This document shows, one piece after another, positions 28,866-33,234 of a DNA stretch of 33,234 nucleotides. The notes below the pieces were generated by a model that saw only the letters and a program-made list of their open reading frames with translations, ran no database searches and had not been told where the DNA came from. The position numbers and the translations under genes are program-made. Within the stretch, counting starts at the first letter, position 1. Each line of letters starts with the position of its first letter. Source of the stretch: Streptococcus sp. (GTDB taxonomy: Bacteria > Bacillota > Bacilli > Lactobacillales > Streptococcaceae); assembly GCA_030825825.1 (NCBI GenBank), contig JAPJPE010000002.1, forward strand, positions 1 to 33,234, in the 5' to 3' direction.

Positions 28866-31718
28866 GTGGCAAGATATTTAGTAGGGCCTTACAATAATAG
28901 TTGGAACTTTATGGATGCGCTTGAAAAAGCGCAGGATGGTGATACCATCGAGTTTGAAAATGGGTATGTCTTTCAATGGCCGACAAATAAAGTGATCGAG
29001 ATCGACAAGAACCTTCATTTTGTGGGGCATGTGGTCCCAAATCCAAATGGCAATGGGCGCATGTTTAACAACACGATTGAGGCTTCCTTCCGATTTGTAG
29101 AGGGAGCTCAGGTGACATTTGAAGATCTGTGGTTTAAAGTTGGTGGGAATTACACTACCTTGCTCTTATGGAATAGCTCAGATATCATCTGTAAACAGGT
29201 CTATTTTGAAGCAACCACTCCAACAAATAATGAATTTTTTATCTATATGGATACGCATTCGAAGTTGACACTGGAAGGAGTCGGGATGAAGGTTCCGGAA
29301 AAACACCAAAGTGCTATCGGTATGTCCGCTTCGGAATTGTCTATTCGCAATTCAACGATTTTTTCTAAGATTGATCTGTCAGAAGGATCTAAATTGACCT
29401 TAGAAAATGTCCATATTGAAATATTTGGGAATAATACGATCCATGCCAAGGACTCAGAAGTGATCGCAAAAAATTCAACGATTACAGGCGGGGATCTGGA
29501 AAATGATTTTCCACCAGTTTGGTTGAGGAATGTCATTTGGGAGTCTGAAAACTGTAAAATTGAGCTACCTACGGGGACTGGGGTCTGTCTTGACAATAAT
29601 GTTCAATTCAATTCGGATTCGGATCGTATGACCTCCATCAATTCATACAATAGTATGATCCGAGCTCATCAAGCTACATTTTCAGAATTTTTATGCGTCT
29701 ATGAAGAATCCTTTGCTTCCCTGACTGGAGAAACAACCTTCTTGAATGAGAATGCTCAAACCATTTCATTTGGAGTTTTTGATGATGGTGTGCTGATGGC
29801 TGAGCATATGATTTGTCATAAGATTGCGGATCCCAATATACGGCTTCAAGGTGGAGCTTTTGCGAAGGTGGGCACCGTGACCTATAGGCAGGGCGATGCG
29901 CGTGATCTGACCAAGGAAATCGAGGATGACTGTGACTATCTTGTTGGCAGAGAAGTGGCGAAGGGCAATGCGCAAGTCGTTCCTACGGGACAGACGACGG
30001 ATGCAACGGTGGCTCCAACCACCGCAAGAGACTCTGAACCAGAGAAGAAACAAGATGCTCTTCAAGAACTCAATAGCCTGATTGGTCTTGAAAAAGTCAA
30101 ACATGAGATCAAGAAAATGATCAACATGGTGGAATTTAACAAGAAACGAATCGCCAGTGGCAAGGCTCCTGAAAAGCAAACACTCCATGCGGCCTTTATG
30201 GGAAACCCTGGTACAGGGAAGACCACGGTGGCCCGTCTGTTGGGACAAGTGCTCTTTGATGCAGGTGTCCTCTCAGGGGAGGAATTCCGTTTCGTGGAAG
30301 CAACGGAGTCCGATCTGATCTCTTCGAATATTGGAGGAACAGCTGAACAGACCCAGGCCCTGCTTGAAAAAGCGCGTGGGGGCATCCTCTTTATTGATGA
30401 AGCCTATAGCTTGGATAAAAAGGACAGCGGCGCAGATTTTGGGATCGAGGCGATCAATACCATCCTCAAATTTATGGAGGACAATCGCGATGACATCATG
30501 ATTATCTTTGCCGGCTATACCAAGGAAATGGAGGAGTTCTTAAAGACCAATCCAGGCCTTCGTTCTCGGGTACCAAATAATTTCATCTTTGAAGATTTCA
30601 CGGGAGATGAGATTGTCCAACTGGGCGAAATGATCTTAAGCAAAGGGGACTACAAGCTCGAAGACCGGGATTACTATGCGCGTCATGTCAAACGGGCCTA
30701 TGATGGCTCGCTAGATAAGAGCAATGGTCGCTGGATCCGTAACCTGGATGAGCAATTGACCAAGACCATGGCAGATCGGGTGGTGGCTCAAGGTTCTGAC
30801 GATATTGAGACCATCCTCAATAGCGATATCGATGCAGTTCTTAACCAAGGCAAATATCAAGCAGGAGCCGACAAGGAAGAAGATGGAATGGCTGCCCTCA
30901 ACCGTTTGGTTGGAATTGCTAAGGTGAAAGAGCAAGTCGAACAATTCGTGGCCATGGCTGAGTTCAACCAAAAACGGGCCGAACAAGGAGGAATCGTCGA
31001 AGATACGACCTTGCACTCCCTCTTTCTTGGAAATCCCGGTACAGGGAAGACTACTGTTGCCCGCATTTTAGGCAATATCCTCTTCCAAAAAGGGGTGATC
31101 AATCAGAAAAAATTCATCGAAGTTTCTCGGAGCAATCTGGTTGGAGGCTACCAAGGTCAAACAGCTTTGAAGACGCGTGAAGTTTTGGAGAGTGCACTGG
31201 GTGGGGTCCTCTTTATCGATGAGGCCTATACCCTCTTTACCGGTTCAAATGATGATTTTGGGAAGGAAGCTTTGGATGAAGTCCTCAAATTTATGGAGGA
31301 CCACCGTCGCGATATCGTTATAATCTTTGCCGGTTACACGAAAGAGATGCATGACTTCTTGCAGGTCAATTCTGGTTTGCAAAGTCGGATCCCGACTACA
31401 TTTGATTTTGAAGACTATAGTCCAGATGAGATCGTCGAGATCGGTCTGTTGGGATTGCGCAAGCAAGGCTACCAAGTCAATGAAGCTCTTTATGGAGAGA
31501 TCGTCAGAGAGAATTATATGCGTGCCAATGATCATAGTAATGGTCGCTGGGTCCGCAATCTTAATGAAAAACTCTTGCGCCAAGTATCGACTCGGGTAAC
31601 CCGTGAAGGTAGTACGGATTACAATTCGATTTTGGATCAAGATTTGGAAGCCTTGAGGGAGAATGGCAATTCTGAACATCCCCATACGGTAGATGATCAA
31701 GGCTATGTTCTTCCTTAA
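28866..31718 (+). CDS. Beta-helix-like N-terminal domain fused to two CbbX/SpoVK/EccA-type AAA+ ATPase domains
   Basis: Two GNPGTGKTTVAR Walker A motifs (nt 30201 and 31029), two LFIDEAY(S/T)L Walker B, IIFAGY, N(P/S)GLxSR and NGRWxRN; N-terminus DALEKAQDGDTIEF with repeated LTLE(N/G)V/LSIRNSTI strands; GTG start with GAGG. Confidence 0.9.
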   Translation: MARYLVGPYNNSWNFMDALEKAQDGDTIEFENGYVFQWPTNKVIEIDKNLHFVGHVVPNPNGNGRMFNNTIEASFRFVEGAQVTFEDLWFKVGGNYTTLLLWNSSDIICKQVYFEATTPTNNEFFIYMDTHSKLTLEGVGMKVPEKHQSAIGMSASELSIRNSTIFSKIDLSEGSKLTLENVHIEIFGNNTIHAKDSEVIAKNSTITGGDLENDFPPVWLRNVIWESENCKIELPTGTGVCLDNNVQFNSDSDRMTSINSYNSMIRAHQATFSEFLCVYEESFASLTGETTFLNENAQTISFGVFDDGVLMAEHMICHKIADPNIRLQGGAFAKVGTVTYRQGDARDLTKEIEDDCDYLVGREVAKGNAQVVPTGQTTDATVAPTTARDSEPEKKQDALQELNSLIGLEKVKHEIKKMINMVEFNKKRIASGKAPEKQTLHAAFMGNPGTGKTTVARLLGQVLFDAGVLSGEEFRFVEATESDLISSNIGGTAEQTQALLEKARGGILFIDEAYSLDKKDSGADFGIEAINTILKFMEDNRDDIMIIFAGYTKEMEEFLKTNPGLRSRVPNNFIFEDFTGDEIVQLGEMILSKGDYKLEDRDYYARHVKRAYDGSLDKSNGRWIRNLDEQLTKTMADRVVAQGSDDIETILNSDIDAVLNQGKYQAGADKEEDGMAALNRLVGIAKVKEQVEQFVAMAEFNQKRAEQGGIVEDTTLHSLFLGNPGTGKTTVARILGNILFQKGVINQKKFIEVSRSNLVGGYQGQTALKTREVLESALGGVLFIDEAYTLFTGSNDDFGKEALDEVLKFMEDHRRDIVIIFAGYTKEMHDFLQVNSGLQSRIPTTFDFEDYSPDEIVEIGLLGLRKQGYQVNEALYGEIVRENYMRANDHSNGRWVRNLNEKLLRQVSTRVTREGSTDYNSILDQDLEALRENGNSEHPHTVDDQGYVLP

Positions 31719-31733
31719 GCTAGAAGGAACAAG

Positions 31734-31765
31734 AAAAAGGATTCTGAAGGAGCGGAATCCTTTTT
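31734..31765 (+). terminator. Terminator after the AAA ATPase gene
   Basis: AAAAAGGATTC / GAATCCTTTTT stem. Confidence 0.8.
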
Positions 31766-31774
31766 GCATGGACT

Positions 31775-31785
31775 TGTGGTATACT
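31775..31785 (+). promoter_or_regulatory. Extended -10 promoter for pepS
   Basis: TGTG-G-TATACT. Confidence 0.6.
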
Positions 31786-31819
31786 AGGAGAAGATCATTC
31801 ACTTATGAAGGAGAAAAAA

Positions 31820-33061
31820 ATGGTTTTACCAAATTTTAAAGAAAACTTAGAAAAATACGCAAAATTGTTGGTGGCAAACGGCATCAACGTGCAACCTGGC
31901 CATACCTTGGCTTTGAACATCGATGTGGAACAAAGAGAATTGGCCCACTTGATTGTGAAGGAAGCCTATGCCTTGGGGGCACACGAAGTCATTGTCCAAT
32001 GGGCAGATGACTTCACTACCCGGGAAAAATTCCTCCATGCACCGATGGATCGCTTGGACAACGTGCCTGACTACAAGATTGCAGAGATGAACTACCTCTT
32101 GGAACACAAAGCCAGTCGTTTGGGTGTGCGTTCATCCGATCCAGGTGCCTTAAATGGTGTCGATGCAGAGAAATTGTCTGCCTCTGCCAAGGCTTTGGGC
32201 ATGGCCATGAAACCAATGCGCATCGCTACTCAATCCAACAAGGTCAGCTGGACAGTGGCTGCTGCAGCTGGTTTAGAATGGGCGAAAAAAGTCTTCCCAA
32301 ATGCGGCGAGCGACGAAGAAGCAGTGGATCTCCTGTGGGATCAAATCTTCAAGACTTGCCGAGTGTATGAGGAAGATCCAGTCAAGGCTTGGGAAGAGCA
32401 TGCAGCTATTCTCAAGAGCAAGGCAGATACACTGAATAAGGAACAATTCTCAGCCCTTCATTACACAGCACCAGGCACCGATTTGACTCTTGGCTTGCCG
32501 AAAAACCACGTTTGGGAATCTGCCGGAGCTATCAATGCCCAAGGCGAAGGCTTCTTGCCAAACATGCCGACAGAAGAGGTCTTCACAGCTCCTGACTTCC
32601 ATCGTGCAGAAGGTTATGTAACTTCCACAAAACCGCTTAGCTACAATGGGAACATCATTGAAGGCATCAAAGTGACCTTTGAAAATGGAGAAATTGTGGA
32701 TATCACAGCAGAAAAAGGCGATCAAGTCATGAAAGATTTGGTCTTCAAAAACAAGGGAGCGCGTGCCTTGGGGGAATGTGCCCTCGTACCAGATCCAAGC
32801 CCAATTTCCCAATCAGGCATTACCTTCTTTAATACCCTCTTTGATGAAAATGCCTCTAACCACTTGGCCATCGGGGCAGCCTATGCAACCAGTGTAGAAG
32901 GTGGCGCAGAATTCACAGAAGAAGAACTCGAAGCAGCCGGCCTTAACCGCTCAGACGTCCACGTCGACTTCATGATCGGCTCAAGCCAAATGGATATCGA
33001 CGGCATCCGAGAAGACGGAACCCGTGTCCCAGTCTTCCGCAACGGAGATTGGGCAATATAG
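31820..33061 (+). CDS. pepS: Aminopeptidase PepS (M29 family)
   Basis: MVLPNFKENLEKYA start, NMPTEEVFTAP, LGECALV, TLFDENASNHLAIG and SDVHVDFMIG; ATG 31820 after AAGGAG. Confidence 0.95.
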   Translation: MVLPNFKENLEKYAKLLVANGINVQPGHTLALNIDVEQRELAHLIVKEAYALGAHEVIVQWADDFTTREKFLHAPMDRLDNVPDYKIAEMNYLLEHKASRLGVRSSDPGALNGVDAEKLSASAKALGMAMKPMRIATQSNKVSWTVAAAAGLEWAKKVFPNAASDEEAVDLLWDQIFKTCRVYEEDPVKAWEEHAAILKSKADTLNKEQFSALHYTAPGTDLTLGLPKNHVWESAGAINAQGEGFLPNMPTEEVFTAPDFHRAEGYVTSTKPLSYNGNIIEGIKVTFENGEIVDITAEKGDQVMKDLVFKNKGARALGECALVPDPSPISQSGITFFNTLFDENASNHLAIGAAYATSVEGGAEFTEEELEAAGLNRSDVHVDFMIGSSQMDIDGIREDGTRVPVFRNGDWAI

Positions 33062-33234
33062 GGAGCAGGACAGAAATCGGTAGACGCAGTCTCGATTTCG
33101 TAGTCCTGCCCCCACACAGTTGATTAGGAAGTACGAGTACCGCAGGTAGGAGTAGTTCCAATCAACCACTGCGCCGAGAGACAGAAATCGGTAGACGCAG
33201 TCTCGATTTCGTAGTCCTGCCCCCACACAGTTGA
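33061..33234. repeat. Tandem SPRITE-like palindromic repeat, 111-bp period, truncated at the window end
   Basis: 33069-33123 is identical to 33180-33234 (55 bp); each unit folds (GCAGGAC/GTCCTGC, GAAATCG/CGATTTC, AGAC/GTCT); resembles the pneumococcal SPRITE from memory. Confidence 0.75.

Noticed and set aside
33069..33234. CRISPR array at the window end
   Set aside because: The repeat is at least 55 bp, the intervening part is itself a hairpin belonging to a SPRITE-like unit, and no cas genes are in view

Overview
Chromosomal window from an oral Streptococcus (probably mitis/sanguinis group, S. parasanguinis-like; inferred from gene content, not verified). The housekeeping backbone is clpL, a small HTH gene, yajC-uppS-cdsA-rseP(eep)-proS, then polC, a 49-aa membrane ORF and pepS. 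About 15.6 kb of accessory DNA lies between proS and polC. It holds a divergent lipoprotein and a complete type VIIb secretion operon (esxA-esaA-essA-esaB-essB-essC), followed by an AT-rich effector cassette: an FxxxD partner, a helical partner, an LXG toxin with a glycine-zipper C-terminus, a two-part membrane immunity candidate and a DUF4176 protein. An ISL3 remnant, a second lipoprotein and a DUF3592-like pseudogene close the region. Between polC and pepS is a 950-aa protein with a beta-helix-like N-terminus and two tandem CbbX/SpoVK/EccA-type AAA+ domains. Best leads: (1) this EccA-like ATPase near a T7SSb, with TGTNACA motifs in its promoter region like those upstream of esxA; (2) a consensus WalR/VicR box upstream of esxA; (3) the toxin with split immunity; (4) a structured clpL leader with an 18-aa uORF and repeated motifs. 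SPRITE-like tandem repeats end the window. Family assignments come from motif recognition; no database searches were run.
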